64,000 nucleotides of DNA, taken from an uncultured Bacteroidota bacterium (GTDB lineage Bacteria > Bacteroidota > Bacteroidia > Flavobacteriales > Flavobacteriaceae). A program made the translations under genes and the position numbers. Location: the NCBI GenBank assembly GCA_902514615.1, contig CABXRG010000001.1, positions 13,834-77,833 of the forward strand. The letters are read 5' to 3'. Below, piece after piece: positions 22,614-32,849 of the stretch; within the stretch, counting starts at the first letter, position 1; every line of letters starts with the position of its first letter. The notes under the pieces were generated by a model. That model did not search any database. It worked only from the letters and a program-made list of their open reading frames with translations, and had not been told where the DNA came from.

Positions 22614-22946
22614 ATGAATAAATATAGAAACACTAACGCTGCAAACACAACTAAGACATACAATAAACATGAGATTGAGAATCCTACTGAGAATATTTAT
22701 GAAGCAATCTCAATAATTTCTAAAAGATCAAGTCAAATTAATGCTGAAATTAAAAAAGAACTTCACGATAAGCTTGATGAGTTTGCGACACATAATGATA
22801 GCTTAGAAGAAATATTTGAAAATAAAGAGCAAATTGAAGTTTCAAGATTTTATGAAAAACTTCCAAAGCCCTATGCTATTGCTGTTCAAGAATGGTTGGA
22901 TAATAAAATTTACTTCAGAGATACAGAATCTGAAAGTGAGCAATAA
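22614..22946 (+). CDS. rpoZ: RNA polymerase omega subunit-like protein
   Basis: 110 aa. NIYEAISIISKRSSQINAEIKKEL resembles the omega core helix. Lies between bamD and coaBC, where Bacteroidota rpoZ is normally annotated. The call rests on memory of that family. Confidence 0.6.
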   Translation: MNKYRNTNAANTTKTYNKHEIENPTENIYEAISIISKRSSQINAEIKKELHDKLDEFATHNDSLEEIFENKEQIEVSRFYEKLPKPYAIAVQEWLDNKIYFRDTESESEQ

Positions 22947-22957
22947 ACTTTCATTAT

Positions 22958-24169
22958 ATGAGTGTCTTAGCTCAGAAAAATATTCTAATAGGAGTTTCAG
23001 GGGGTATAGCTGCTTACAAAATCCCTTTATTAATCAGACAACTGACTAAGCTCAGTGCTAATGTTAAAGTGGTAATGACTCCTTCCTCTAAAGAGTTTGT
23101 TACTCCTCTTACTTTATCAACGGTTTCTAAAAATGATGTTTTTTCAGAATTCACTTCACAAAAAAACAATAATCCATCATGGAATAATCATGTAGAGCTA
23201 GCTGAGTGGGCAGATGTTTTTATCATAGCTCCTGCAACCTCAAATACGATATCTTCAATGGCTAATGCTAGATGTGACAATCTTCTTTTGGCTTGTTACC
23301 TGTCATCTAATTGTCCTGTTTTTGTTGCGCCTGCGATGGATCTTGAAATGTTTAAAAACAATCTTAATCAAGAGAATATAAATAAACTGAAATCGAATTT
23401 AACAACTGTTCTACCTGTTGGATCTGGATCTTTAGCAAGTGGATTAGAGGGAGAGGGAAGAATGCTTGAACCTTCTGAAATTATTGAATTTGTTGAAAAT
23501 AGAACTAAAGAATCACTTCCTTTAAATGGCTTTAATATTTTAATTACAGCAGGACCAACTCATGAAAAAATTGATCCTGTCAGATATATTGGAAATAGCT
23601 CTTCTGGTAAAATGGGCTATTATCTTTCTAAAAAATCTATTGAGTTAGGAGCTAATGTAAATTTAATTATAGGGCCAACAAATTTATCTATGGACCTCTC
23701 AAATATTAATACAATTAGAGTTCAAGACTCAGAGGAAATGTTTAAAGAAACTATCAAACTCTTTGATAATTCTGATATAGTAATTTGTTCTGCTGCTATC
23801 TCTGATTTTAGGCCAGTCCAAGTAATTGAAAATAAAATTAAAAAGGAAAACGGATTAGACTCAATTAAACTAGAACCTACCATTGATATTTTGAAAGAAC
23901 TTGGAGAAGTTAAATCCTCACAGTTTCTTGTAGGATTTGCTCTAGAGACAGATAACGTTATTAAGAATGCAAAAAATAAATTAAAATCTAAAAATCTTGA
24001 TGCTATAGTCGTTAATAAAATAGGTGATTTTAATCCGATTTCAAGTGACTATAATCAAATTGATTTTATAAATTCAAGTTTGGAAATTACTTCATTCGAA
24101 AAAAAATTAAAGTCAGATGTTTCAAGTGATATTTTAAATCAGATAATAAAGAATGTTAAAAAGACTTAA
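22958..24169 (+). CDS. coaBC: Bifunctional phosphopantothenoylcysteine decarboxylase / phosphopantothenate--cysteine ligase
   Basis: 403 aa. N-terminal flavoprotein (ILIGVSGGIAAYK) and C-terminal CoaB block ITAGPTHEKIDPVRYIGNSSSGKMG. Confidence 0.93.
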   Translation: MSVLAQKNILIGVSGGIAAYKIPLLIRQLTKLSANVKVVMTPSSKEFVTPLTLSTVSKNDVFSEFTSQKNNNPSWNNHVELAEWADVFIIAPATSNTISSMANARCDNLLLACYLSSNCPVFVAPAMDLEMFKNNLNQENINKLKSNLTTVLPVGSGSLASGLEGEGRMLEPSEIIEFVENRTKESLPLNGFNILITAGPTHEKIDPVRYIGNSSSGKMGYYLSKKSIELGANVNLIIGPTNLSMDLSNINTIRVQDSEEMFKETIKLFDNSDIVICSAAISDFRPVQVIENKIKKENGLDSIKLEPTIDILKELGEVKSSQFLVGFALETDNVIKNAKNKLKSKNLDAIVVNKIGDFNPISSDYNQIDFINSSLEITSFEKKLKSDVSSDILNQIIKNVKKT

Positions 24170-25805
24170 GATTAATAATTATGCTTTAATTGACTCTATT
24201 GAAATATCTTTCGATAAGGGCATGACTTCCATTACAGGTGAAACGGGAGCTGGAAAGTCCATAATTCTTGGAGGACTCTCTATGGTTTTAGGTTCAAGAA
24301 TTGATAATTCAAAAATTATCAATAAGGATAAAAAATGTTTTGTTGAGGCTGTGTTTGATCTTAAAGATCAGAACTCAAATGAGTTTTTTTTAAATAATGA
24401 TTTAGATTATGATGACATAACTATTATTAGGAGGGAGGTCAATCAAAGTGGAAAGTCTAGAGCTTTTATTAACGATACACCCGTTAAGCTTGATCTTTTG
24501 TCTAGTTTAACAAATAAATTAATTGACGTCCACTCTCAGTTCAATAATTTGAGTATTCTAAATTCAAATTTTATTTTTTTAATTCTAGATTCACTTTCCG
24601 ATAACCTTGATGACTTTAAAGTTTATTCAAATGAATTCAGGTCACTAAAAGTGATTGAAAAACTTATAGAAGATAAAAAAATTACTAGAGAGAAATTAAA
24701 TTCTGATTTAGATTATAATAAATTCTTATTGAGTGAATTTGAAGATTTAAATCTAGACGATATAAATCTGTCTGATCTTCAAAATAAAGTAAAAGAGGCT
24801 GACAATGTTGATCAAATAAAGGAAATACTATCAAAAATTAATCTTGAATTTAATACTGACGATATTGGTATATCAGATAAATTATCTCATATTATTAAAA
24901 GTTTAGGCAAGGTTTCTAGTTCATCAGAGCGTCTTAATGAACTTACTCAAAGCCTGAACCTTGTTAATGAAAATTTAAATCAGTTAGTTAATGATTCAGA
25001 GTCAATTCTTACTGATATTTCTAACTCTGAGGCTAATATTGATAATCTTAGAGACACTCTTGATAAGATATTTTCCCTCCAAAATAAACATAGGCTAGAA
25101 TCGATTGAGGATTTATTAAACCTTAGACATGATTTAACACTTAAAATTTCAACTCATGACAATATAGATTTTGAAATTGAAAAGCTTGATAAGGAAATGA
25201 AGACTTTAACTTCTAACCTTCTTATTAAAGCAAATAAAATTCATGACAAAAGAAGATCTGTAATTCATGAATTTCAAATTTTAATGAACAAAAATTTATC
25301 AGAATTGGCTATGGAAAAATCTGATATCAAAATTGATTTATCTAAAAGTGAAACAATACAAAAAAACGGTATTAGTGAGGGTAGATTTTTATTTAAATCT
25401 AATAATGAAAGTATTTATAGTGAATTAAAAGATATTGCTTCAGGTGGAGAAATATCAAGAGTGATGCTATCAATTAAATCTATTTTATCAAAGTTTACTA
25501 AACTATCTAGTATAATCTTCGATGAAATTGATACGGGTATTTCAGGTTCTGTTTCTTCCAAAGTTGCTGAGCTTATGAAATACATGTCTCACAAAATGCA
25601 AGTTATAGTTATTACGCATACTCCCCAGGTGGCTTCTAAGGGTGATTTTCATTACAAAGTATTTAAAAGAGAAGAAAATAATAAGATTATTACTGATGTA
25701 AAGTTGCTTTCTGATAAAGAAAGAGTAAATGAAATTGCAGAGATGTTGTCAGGTGACAAATCAAATAAATCTGCCAATGAACTTGCTAATGAATTATTGA
25801 ATTAA
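24153..25805 (+). CDS. recN: DNA repair protein RecN
   Basis: 550 aa SMC-like protein. Walker A GETGAGKSI, long coiled-coil middle, signature SGGEISRVMLSIK and Walker B IIFDEIDTGISG. Confidence 0.93.
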   Translation: MLKRLKINNYALIDSIEISFDKGMTSITGETGAGKSIILGGLSMVLGSRIDNSKIINKDKKCFVEAVFDLKDQNSNEFFLNNDLDYDDITIIRREVNQSGKSRAFINDTPVKLDLLSSLTNKLIDVHSQFNNLSILNSNFIFLILDSLSDNLDDFKVYSNEFRSLKVIEKLIEDKKITREKLNSDLDYNKFLLSEFEDLNLDDINLSDLQNKVKEADNVDQIKEILSKINLEFNTDDIGISDKLSHIIKSLGKVSSSSERLNELTQSLNLVNENLNQLVNDSESILTDISNSEANIDNLRDTLDKIFSLQNKHRLESIEDLLNLRHDLTLKISTHDNIDFEIEKLDKEMKTLTSNLLIKANKIHDKRRSVIHEFQILMNKNLSELAMEKSDIKIDLSKSETIQKNGISEGRFLFKSNNESIYSELKDIASGGEISRVMLSIKSILSKFTKLSSIIFDEIDTGISGSVSSKVAELMKYMSHKMQVIVITHTPQVASKGDFHYKVFKREENNKIITDVKLLSDKERVNEIAEMLSGDKSNKSANELANELLN

Positions 25806-25822
25806 ACTATATTTATGACACA

Positions 25823-26635
25823 ATGGAAAATAATATTTTAAAAGGTAAAAAAGGAATAATATTTGGTGCTTTAGACAGTAGTTCTATCGCATGGAAAACA
25901 GCTGAAAATGTTTTTAGAGAAGGAGGGGAATTTGTTTTAACTAATGCTCCTGTTTCTGTTAGAATGGGATCAATTAATGAACTTGCAGAGAAGACAAATT
26001 CTGAATTAGTTCCTGCAGATGCAACTAATCTTGAAGATCTTGAAAACTTGATTAAAGTTGCAAAAGATAAATTTGGCAAACTTGACTTTATTCTTCACTC
26101 TATAGGTATGTCTGTAAATGTTCGAAAAGGTAGACATTATACTGATTTAAACTATGACTGGTTAACTAAAGGTTGGGATGTTTCTGCTGTTTCTTTTCAT
26201 AAGCTTATGCAATCTCTTTTTAAATTAGATGCAATGAATGAGTGGGGAAGTATAGTAGCTCTTACGTATATAGCTGCTCAAAGAACTTTTCCAAATTATA
26301 ATGATATGGCTGACAATAAAGCTTATTTAGAGTCTATTGCTAGAAGTTTTGGATATATTTTTGGTAAAGAGAAAAATGTAAGAGTCAATACAATATCACA
26401 ATCTCCAACCCTTACAACAGCTGGTAAAGGAGTTAAAGGACTTGATGACTTTCTCAATTATGCAGAACTTACTTCACCTCTCGGAAACGCAACTGCTGAC
26501 GATTGTGCAAATCTTACTGTCTCCTTATTTTCAGATTACACAAAAAGAGTAACACTTCAAAATATATTTAATGATGGTGGATTTTCGAATGTTGGTGTTA
26601 GTCAAGAAATAATTGATAAATTAAACTCAAAATGA
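25823..26635 (+). CDS. fabI: Enoyl-[acyl-carrier-protein] reductase (NADH), FabI-type SDR
   Basis: 270 aa. N-terminal KGKKGIIFGALDSSSIAW dinucleotide-binding region and the FabI-like block NKAYLESIARSFGY...RVNTISQSP. Confidence 0.85.
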   Translation: MENNILKGKKGIIFGALDSSSIAWKTAENVFREGGEFVLTNAPVSVRMGSINELAEKTNSELVPADATNLEDLENLIKVAKDKFGKLDFILHSIGMSVNVRKGRHYTDLNYDWLTKGWDVSAVSFHKLMQSLFKLDAMNEWGSIVALTYIAAQRTFPNYNDMADNKAYLESIARSFGYIFGKEKNVRVNTISQSPTLTTAGKGVKGLDDFLNYAELTSPLGNATADDCANLTVSLFSDYTKRVTLQNIFNDGGFSNVGVSQEIIDKLNSK

Positions 26636-27210
26636 AAATTATTGGATTAACCGGGGGTATTGGTTCTGGAAAATCTACTGTTTTAAAACTTTTTAAAGAT
26701 CTAGGCGTAAAAACTTACAGCGCAGATAGGGTTGCTAAAAAACTAGTTAACTCAGATCATAAATTAATTGACCTTATAAAGGCATCTTTTGGTGAAAGTA
26801 TTTACCATGATAATAAATTAGATTCTAAAAAACTTTCAAAAATTGTTTTTACTAATCCTGAAAAATTAAAAACACTTAACTCAATTATTCATCCAGCTGT
26901 AGACATAGACTTTAAGAACTTTATAGAAATCAATAATGAAAATTACATAGTAAAGGAGGCTGCAATTATTTTTGAAACAAAATCCGAGAATAAATATGAT
27001 AAAATAATATTGGTGAGAACACCTTTAGAAATTAGAATTGAAAGAGTAATGAAGAGAGATAATATTTCAAAAATCGAAGTAATGAAGCGGATCAATAATC
27101 AATTAGATGAAAAAGAAATTATTGATAAGTGTGATTATGTAATTAATAATCATAATCAGAAAGATTTAAAAAATTTAGTTTACAATATTCACCTAGAATT
27201 AAAATCCTAA
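26632..27210 (+). CDS. coaE: Dephospho-CoA kinase
   Basis: 192 aa. P-loop IGLTGGIGSGKST at the N-terminus. ATGA overlap with fabI. Confidence 0.9.
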   Translation: MKIIGLTGGIGSGKSTVLKLFKDLGVKTYSADRVAKKLVNSDHKLIDLIKASFGESIYHDNKLDSKKLSKIVFTNPEKLKTLNSIIHPAVDIDFKNFIEINNENYIVKEAAIIFETKSENKYDKIILVRTPLEIRIERVMKRDNISKIEVMKRINNQLDEKEIIDKCDYVINNHNQKDLKNLVYNIHLELKS

Positions 27211-27271
27211 TAAATAGATATTAACATTTCATTAAGAAATTTTAATTTTAAAATTGAGAATTTTATAAAAA

Positions 27272-28849
27272 ATGAACAAGAAGCTTTACACATATTTAGT
27301 TCTATTGATGTCATTTTCATTGATAGGAATAATCTTAATGCAAGGTTATTGGATCTATTCAGCATGGCAAAATAAGGAAGAAGAGTTTTCTCTTTCTGTT
27401 AATAGGGCTTTACGTGAAGTTGTTGATGAGATTCAAAGTAGAGAGCTTAATGATTATGTATACACTTATCAAATGTTAATTGATTCTATTGGAACACCTA
27501 ATGAATCAAATTTTACAGATGTTTTTTTATTCTTAGATGAAGATCAATCTTCCAATCTTTCCACTTTTTTTGCTTATGGAATTCTTGAAGAAGATTACAA
27601 TATCAATTTACCTAATAATTTTTCTAATAGATATGGAGATGATAACCTAAAAGATTATAAAGCTGTTAAAACAACAATAGTTAATAAAAATATTTTTGAT
27701 AGAAGAGAGAATAGACTTAATGCCTCCATTGCAAAATTAAAAAGCGTAGAAGATATAGACTTATTCAAGTTTGAGAAATATAAATCAGCTTTTCAAGAAT
27801 ATGCTTCATCTCTTCCTATTCATAAAAGAACTACATCTAGAGAGATACAAATTTTACTAAACCAAGGCTTCAAGGATAGAAATATTATTACACCTTATGA
27901 ATTTGGAATTTATAGTAATGGATTGTCAACTAAGGTGAAATCAAATAATTACTTAGAAGTTCAGTCTGGTCCAAAGTATTCTATACCCTTTCTGTTTGAT
28001 AGATCAAGTCCTATATCTTATAATTTAGTAGTATCATTTCCTGAAAAACAAGAATATGTTCTCTCAGGTATTATAGGAGTAGCTACTTTGTCATTCATGC
28101 TTACTTTAGTCATAGTAGTAATATCTACAAGCGCTCTTTATCAGATCATTCAGCAGAAAAAATTATCTGAAATAAAAAATGACTTTATTAATAATATTTC
28201 ACATGAATTTAAAACACCTATTGCTACTATAAATTTAGCTCTTGATGCAATTTTAAGTTCTAAGAACAACTTAAATGAAAAGTTTACTTCTTATTTAGGT
28301 ATGATAAGGGAAGAGAATTCTAGAATGTTATCTCAAGTTGAAAACATACTGAGAATATCTCAACTAGAAAAAAGCTCTAACCCTTTTGATATGGAAGAGA
28401 CTAACATTCACGAAGTAATTGAGGATGCAATTGAACATGTTAAGTTGATAGTGGAAAGTCGAAATGGGTCAATAAAATTATCTCTTAATGCAGAAAACTT
28501 TAATATTAGTGGAAATAGTAATCATCTTGAAAATATTATTATTAATATTCTTGATAATGCTTTAAAATATTCTAAAGAACACCCACAAATAGTTGTTTCA
28601 TCAATTAATTCTAATAAAAATATTATAATTTGTTTTGAGGATAATGGAATTGGAATGGATAAAAACACACAGAAAATGATCTTTGAAAAATTTTATCGCG
28701 AACAGAATGGCAATATTCATAACATAAAAGGACATGGCTTGGGATTGTCCTATGTTAAAAAAATCATTGACTTTCATAATGGAAAAATTTCATTGGAGAG
28801 TAAAATAGGTACAGGAACAAAGTTTTATATAACTCTTAAAAACATTTAA
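27272..28849 (+). CDS. Sensor histidine kinase
   Basis: 525 aa. Two TM segments flank an extracytoplasmic domain of about 230 aa. H-box ISHEFKTPIATI and ATPase boxes (LDNALKYS, DNGIGM, GHGLGLSYV). Confidence 0.88.
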   Translation: MNKKLYTYLVLLMSFSLIGIILMQGYWIYSAWQNKEEEFSLSVNRALREVVDEIQSRELNDYVYTYQMLIDSIGTPNESNFTDVFLFLDEDQSSNLSTFFAYGILEEDYNINLPNNFSNRYGDDNLKDYKAVKTTIVNKNIFDRRENRLNASIAKLKSVEDIDLFKFEKYKSAFQEYASSLPIHKRTTSREIQILLNQGFKDRNIITPYEFGIYSNGLSTKVKSNNYLEVQSGPKYSIPFLFDRSSPISYNLVVSFPEKQEYVLSGIIGVATLSFMLTLVIVVISTSALYQIIQQKKLSEIKNDFINNISHEFKTPIATINLALDAILSSKNNLNEKFTSYLGMIREENSRMLSQVENILRISQLEKSSNPFDMEETNIHEVIEDAIEHVKLIVESRNGSIKLSLNAENFNISGNSNHLENIIINILDNALKYSKEHPQIVVSSINSNKNIIICFEDNGIGMDKNTQKMIFEKFYREQNGNIHNIKGHGLGLSYVKKIIDFHNGKISLESKIGTGTKFYITLKNI

Positions 28850-28850
28850 C

Positions 28851-29549
28851 ATGAAATCAAACAAAAGAATATTATTAGTTGAAGACGATCCAAATTTTGG
28901 TAGAATTTTAAAAGACTACTTAACTTTAAACAACTATGAAGTTTCTCTGGCTGTAAATGGTATAGAAGGCTTTGAAAAATTTAATAGATCTGACTTTGAT
29001 TTATGTATTCTTGATATAATGATGCCATTCAAGGATGGACTTACCTTAGCAAGGGAAATAAGAGAGGTCAATGAATTAATTCCATTAATTTTCTTAACTG
29101 CAAAAAATTTAAAGGATGATGTTCTTAAAGGTTATAAAATTGGTGCAGATGATTACTTAACAAAGCCTTTTGATTCAGAAATTCTACTTGCTAAAATTAA
29201 ATCTATTCTAAACAGAAAACCTAATGTGAGTACTGAGGAAAAAGATACTTTTGAGTTTGAGTTCGGTGACTTTAATTTTAATTCCAAACTTCGTATTTTA
29301 ACCCATAAAGAGGGTGAATCATTTAAATTATCTCCAAAAGAAAATCAACTTCTTAAAATGCTTGTTTTAAATTTTGATGATCTTCTCCCAAGAGATATTG
29401 CACTAAATAAGATTTGGAGAGATGCGAATTATTTTACTTCCAGAAGTATGGATGTTTATATTGCTAAACTTAGAAAATATCTTGATAATGATCCATCATT
29501 GAAAATTATTAATGTTCACGGAGAAGGATTTAGATTGATGAAGGAGTAG
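28851..29549 (+). CDS. OmpR/PhoB-type response regulator
   Basis: 232 aa. Receiver domain (LLVEDD, phospho-acceptor context DLCILDIMMP) and a C-terminal winged-helix domain (LSPKENQLLKML...VYIAKLRKYL). Confidence 0.9.
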   Translation: MKSNKRILLVEDDPNFGRILKDYLTLNNYEVSLAVNGIEGFEKFNRSDFDLCILDIMMPFKDGLTLAREIREVNELIPLIFLTAKNLKDDVLKGYKIGADDYLTKPFDSEILLAKIKSILNRKPNVSTEEKDTFEFEFGDFNFNSKLRILTHKEGESFKLSPKENQLLKMLVLNFDDLLPRDIALNKIWRDANYFTSRSMDVYIAKLRKYLDNDPSLKIINVHGEGFRLMKE

Positions 29550-29563
29550 TTTCGCTTATTTCT

Positions 29564-30460
29564 CTATACTCCTCTTGGATGATATTTTTTAAGAACTTCT
29601 TCTAGATGAAAAGTATCTAGGTGTGTATATATTTCAGTTGTCGTAATGCTTTCATGTCCAAGAATTAACTGTATAGTTCTCAAATCAGCACCATTCTTAA
29701 GTAAATGAGTTGCAAATGAATGTCTTAAGGTATGTGGACTTATTTTTTTTTCTAATCTAATACTTTTAGATGCATCGCTTATTATTTTAAAAATCATTGA
29801 CCTAGTCAAACTTCTTCCATATTTATTTAAGAAAAGAATATCTGAATAATTACTATTAATTTTTAATTTATCTCTTAAGCTTATATAAGTCTTAATTTCA
29901 ATAGAGGCAATTTTTCCTAGAGGTACAAACCTTTCTTTATCTCCTTTTCCAGTTACTTTAAGAATGTTTTCTTTGAAAAATATATTTGATAATTTTAAAT
30001 TCACAAGTTCACTTACACGAATCCCAGTTCCATATAAAACCTCTATTATTGTTTTGTTTCTTTGACCAAATTGATGATTTAGATCAATTGAATTAATCAA
30101 CCGGTTAGTTTCGTCTAACGTAAGGACTTCAGGTAATTTTTTTTCAAGTTTTGGTGCTTCAATATTTGAGATTGGAGATTCTTTAATATATCCCTCAAAA
30201 ATTAAATAATTAAAAAAACTTTTGATAGCCGAAATACTTCTTGCTTGACTTCTTGTTTTTTTATCTGACAAGCTTTTGTATAAATAGTTTTTTATAGTCT
30301 CAGGTTTGCAATTAAGTGGAGTGTCTTTTATGTTATTTATATCTAAAAATTTTTTAAATAAGATGAGGTCATAATCATAACTTTTAATGGAGTTTTCACT
30401 TAATCCCCTCTCTAACTTTAAATAATTTTTAAAATTTTCAAAACTTGAATCCCAATTCAT
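29564..30460 (-). CDS. xerD: Tyrosine site-specific recombinase XerD
   Basis: 298 aa. N-terminal SAM-like domain and catalytic residues in GIRVSEL (Arg), HTLRHSFATHLL (His-x-x-Arg) and GHESITTTEIYTH (Tyr). Divergent from aroQ, with no flanking mobile-element genes. Confidence 0.88.
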   Translation of the reverse strand: MNWDSSFENFKNYLKLERGLSENSIKSYDYDLILFKKFLDINNIKDTPLNCKPETIKNYLYKSLSDKKTRSQARSISAIKSFFNYLIFEGYIKESPISNIEAPKLEKKLPEVLTLDETNRLINSIDLNHQFGQRNKTIIEVLYGTGIRVSELVNLKLSNIFFKENILKVTGKGDKERFVPLGKIASIEIKTYISLRDKLKINSNYSDILFLNKYGRSLTRSMIFKIISDASKSIRLEKKISPHTLRHSFATHLLKNGADLRTIQLILGHESITTTEIYTHLDTFHLEEVLKKYHPRGV

Positions 30461-30498
30461 TTTTTTTAATTACTCTTTATGCGTTACCTTTATAATAT

Positions 30499-30909
30499 AT
30501 GAAAATAACAATAATTAATGGACCTAATTTGAATCTTCTAGGCTCTAGAGAAACTGATATTTATGGTAGTCAGAACTTTGATTCATACTTGGAATCACTT
30601 AGAGCCTTATATCCAAAAATTGAAATTGAATATTTTCAATCAAACATTGAAGGCGAAATTATTAATTACATTCATGAATCTAAAGATTGTGATGGAATTA
30701 TATTAAATGCTGCTGCATACACTCACACCTCTGTTGGGATAGCAGATGCAGTTAAATCAATTAATTGTAAGATTATTGAGGTTCATATATCGAACACTTA
30801 TTCTAGAGAAGAATTTAGGCATAAATCATTTTTATCGCCTGTTGTAGATGGAATTATTATCGGCTTTGGGTTAGATAGCTATAGGTTAGGGGTAGAGAGC
30901 CTTATATAA
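30499..30909 (+). CDS. aroQ: Type II 3-dehydroquinate dehydratase
   Basis: 136 aa. ITIINGPNLNLLGSRETDIYG and NAAAYTHTSVGIADA blocks are typical of AroQ. Confidence 0.93.
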   Translation: MKITIINGPNLNLLGSRETDIYGSQNFDSYLESLRALYPKIEIEYFQSNIEGEIINYIHESKDCDGIILNAAAYTHTSVGIADAVKSINCKIIEVHISNTYSREEFRHKSFLSPVVDGIIIGFGLDSYRLGVESLI

Positions 30910-32301
30910 TTAAAGATGTATTACCTCATCGTATGCATCAGCTACAGCTTCCATTAAAGCTTCACTCATTGTTGGATGAGGATGAACTGATTTTAATATT
31001 TCTTTACCAGTGGTTTCTAGTTTTCTTCCTAAAACAGCTTCAGCTATCATATCAGTTACACCAGCACCTATCATATGACATCCTAGCCATTCACCATATT
31101 TTTCATCAAAGATCACTTTTACAAAACCTTCTGAGTGTCCAGATGCTTTAGCTTTACCGGATGCAGTAAACGGGAACTTACCGACTTTGATACTATATCC
31201 TTTTTCAATTGCTTTCTCTTCTGTTAGTCCAACAGAGGCAACTTCTGGAGCACAATATGTACATCCAGGAATATTTTCATAATCAATAGGTTCAACATCA
31301 TGATTAGCAATTTTTTCTACACACAGAATACCCTCGGCTGAAGCGACATGAGCAAGTGCTTGTCCTGGAGTAACGTCTCCAATAGCAAAGTAACCAGGTA
31401 TATTAGTTTTATAGTATTCATCAACAATTATCTTATCTCTATCTACTGCAATTCCAACTTCCTCTAATCCAATATTCTCAATATTACTTTTTACTCCAAC
31501 TGCTGAAAGTACTATATCTGCTTCGTGTTCTGAAATTTGACCTTTTGATTTAATCTGAACTTTAACACCTTTACCTTTTGTGTCAGAGGAGATTACTTCA
31601 GAATTAGTTAAAATCTCAATTCCTGTCTTTTTAAATGTTTTTTGTAATTGATTTGAAATATCTTTATCCTCTACAGGTAAAACTCTATCCATATATTCAA
31701 CAACTTTAACTTCTGTTCCCATAGAATTATAAAAATATGCAAATTCAATACCTATAGCTCCCGAACCAACAATTATCATCTTTTTAGGCTGCTTTGGAAG
31801 TGTCATAGCCTCTCTGTATCCAATTATCTTCTTACCATCTTGAGGAACTGATTCAATTTGTCTTGATCTTCCCCCTGTTGCAATAATGATGTTGTCTGCT
31901 TCATAATTTTCAGTTTTACCACCATTTTCAACTGATACAATTTTATTTGGAAGAACTCTACCATATCCAGAAATCACATCAATCTTATTTTTTTTCATTA
32001 AGAAGTTAACACCCTTACTCATTCCGTCAGCTATACTTCTGCTTCTCTTTATAACTGATTCAAAGTCTTTATCAAAATCTTTTATTTTCAAACCATAAGT
32101 ATCTGCTTTTTTTAGATATTCAAAGACCTGAGCAGATTTTAACAATGCTTTAGTGGGTATACAACCCCAATTTAGACACACACCTCCAAGACTTTCTTTT
32201 TCAATTATAGCAGTTTTTAATCCCAATTGAGAAGCTCTAATTGCAGTTACATAACCTCCAGGACCACTTCCTAGAACAACTAAATCATATTTTTTACTCA
32301 T
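30910..32301 (-). CDS. lpdA: Dihydrolipoyl dehydrogenase (E3)
   Basis: 463 aa. FAD-binding GSGPGGY, redox-active disulfide GGVCLNWGCIPTK and C-terminal HPHPTMSE interface motif. Confidence 0.93.
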   Translation of the reverse strand: MSKKYDLVVLGSGPGGYVTAIRASQLGLKTAIIEKESLGGVCLNWGCIPTKALLKSAQVFEYLKKADTYGLKIKDFDKDFESVIKRSRSIADGMSKGVNFLMKKNKIDVISGYGRVLPNKIVSVENGGKTENYEADNIIIATGGRSRQIESVPQDGKKIIGYREAMTLPKQPKKMIIVGSGAIGIEFAYFYNSMGTEVKVVEYMDRVLPVEDKDISNQLQKTFKKTGIEILTNSEVISSDTKGKGVKVQIKSKGQISEHEADIVLSAVGVKSNIENIGLEEVGIAVDRDKIIVDEYYKTNIPGYFAIGDVTPGQALAHVASAEGILCVEKIANHDVEPIDYENIPGCTYCAPEVASVGLTEEKAIEKGYSIKVGKFPFTASGKAKASGHSEGFVKVIFDEKYGEWLGCHMIGAGVTDMIAEAVLGRKLETTGKEILKSVHPHPTMSEALMEAVADAYDEVIHL

Positions 32302-32785
32302 TTTTATTATTTATGAAATTAATACTAGCAGAATTTACACAATATCTTTTACCAGTTGAGGTGGGCCCATCATCAAATACATGACCTTGATGTCCTCCAC
32401 AATTAGAACATAAAATCTCTGTTCTTATCATTCCTAAACTTGTATCTTTTTTGTAAGTAATAGCACCAGGAATTGCACTTTCATAGCTTGGCCATCCACA
32501 GTCAGACATAAACTTGTTGTTACTTTTAAAGAGTGCTTGCCCACATGCTTTACATGCATAAACACCTTCTTCAAAGTGCATATTATATATTCCTGTATTA
32601 GGTCTTTCAGTACCTTTATTTCTAAGAATTTCAAATTCTTCAGGTGAAAGTTCTTCTTTCCATTCTTTATCAGTCTTATTCACTTTAAAAGTTATTTTAG
32701 GTTCTTTTGTGTCTATAGAAGTTTGGCAATTTAATAGGGATAAACTAAAAAATAAAACTCCAAATAAGTATAATTTATTACACAT
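32294..32785 (-). CDS. msrB: Peptide-methionine (R)-S-oxide reductase with N-terminal signal/lipoprotein-like peptide
   Basis: 163 aa. Two CxxC pairs (CKACGQ, CSNCGG) and the catalytic RYCVNS. The N-terminal MCNKLYLFGVLFFSLSLLNC looks like an export signal. Confidence 0.9.
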   Translation of the reverse strand: MCNKLYLFGVLFFSLSLLNCQTSIDTKEPKITFKVNKTDKEWKEELSPEEFEILRNKGTERPNTGIYNMHFEEGVYACKACGQALFKSNNKFMSDCGWPSYESAIPGAITYKKDTSLGMIRTEILCSNCGGHQGHVFDDGPTSTGKRYCVNSASINFINNKNE

Positions 32786-32849
32786 CTATTTTTTGACAAA
32801 TATAAATATCTTTTAATTTATTTGCTTATTTTGGCAATCATTTAAATTT

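Noticed and set aside
27211-27271. An AT-only palindrome (AATTTTAA..TTAAAATT) after coaE as a terminator or operator.
   Set aside because: It is a pure A/T stem of negligible stability with no T-run context. Such palindromes are expected by chance at this base composition.
29564-30460. Tyrosine recombinase as a possible integrase marking a mobile element or genomic island.
   Set aside because: It has the size and motifs of housekeeping XerD. It is flanked by core genes (a two-component system and aroQ) with no tRNA, direct repeats, phage or transposon genes. I saw no compositional shift.
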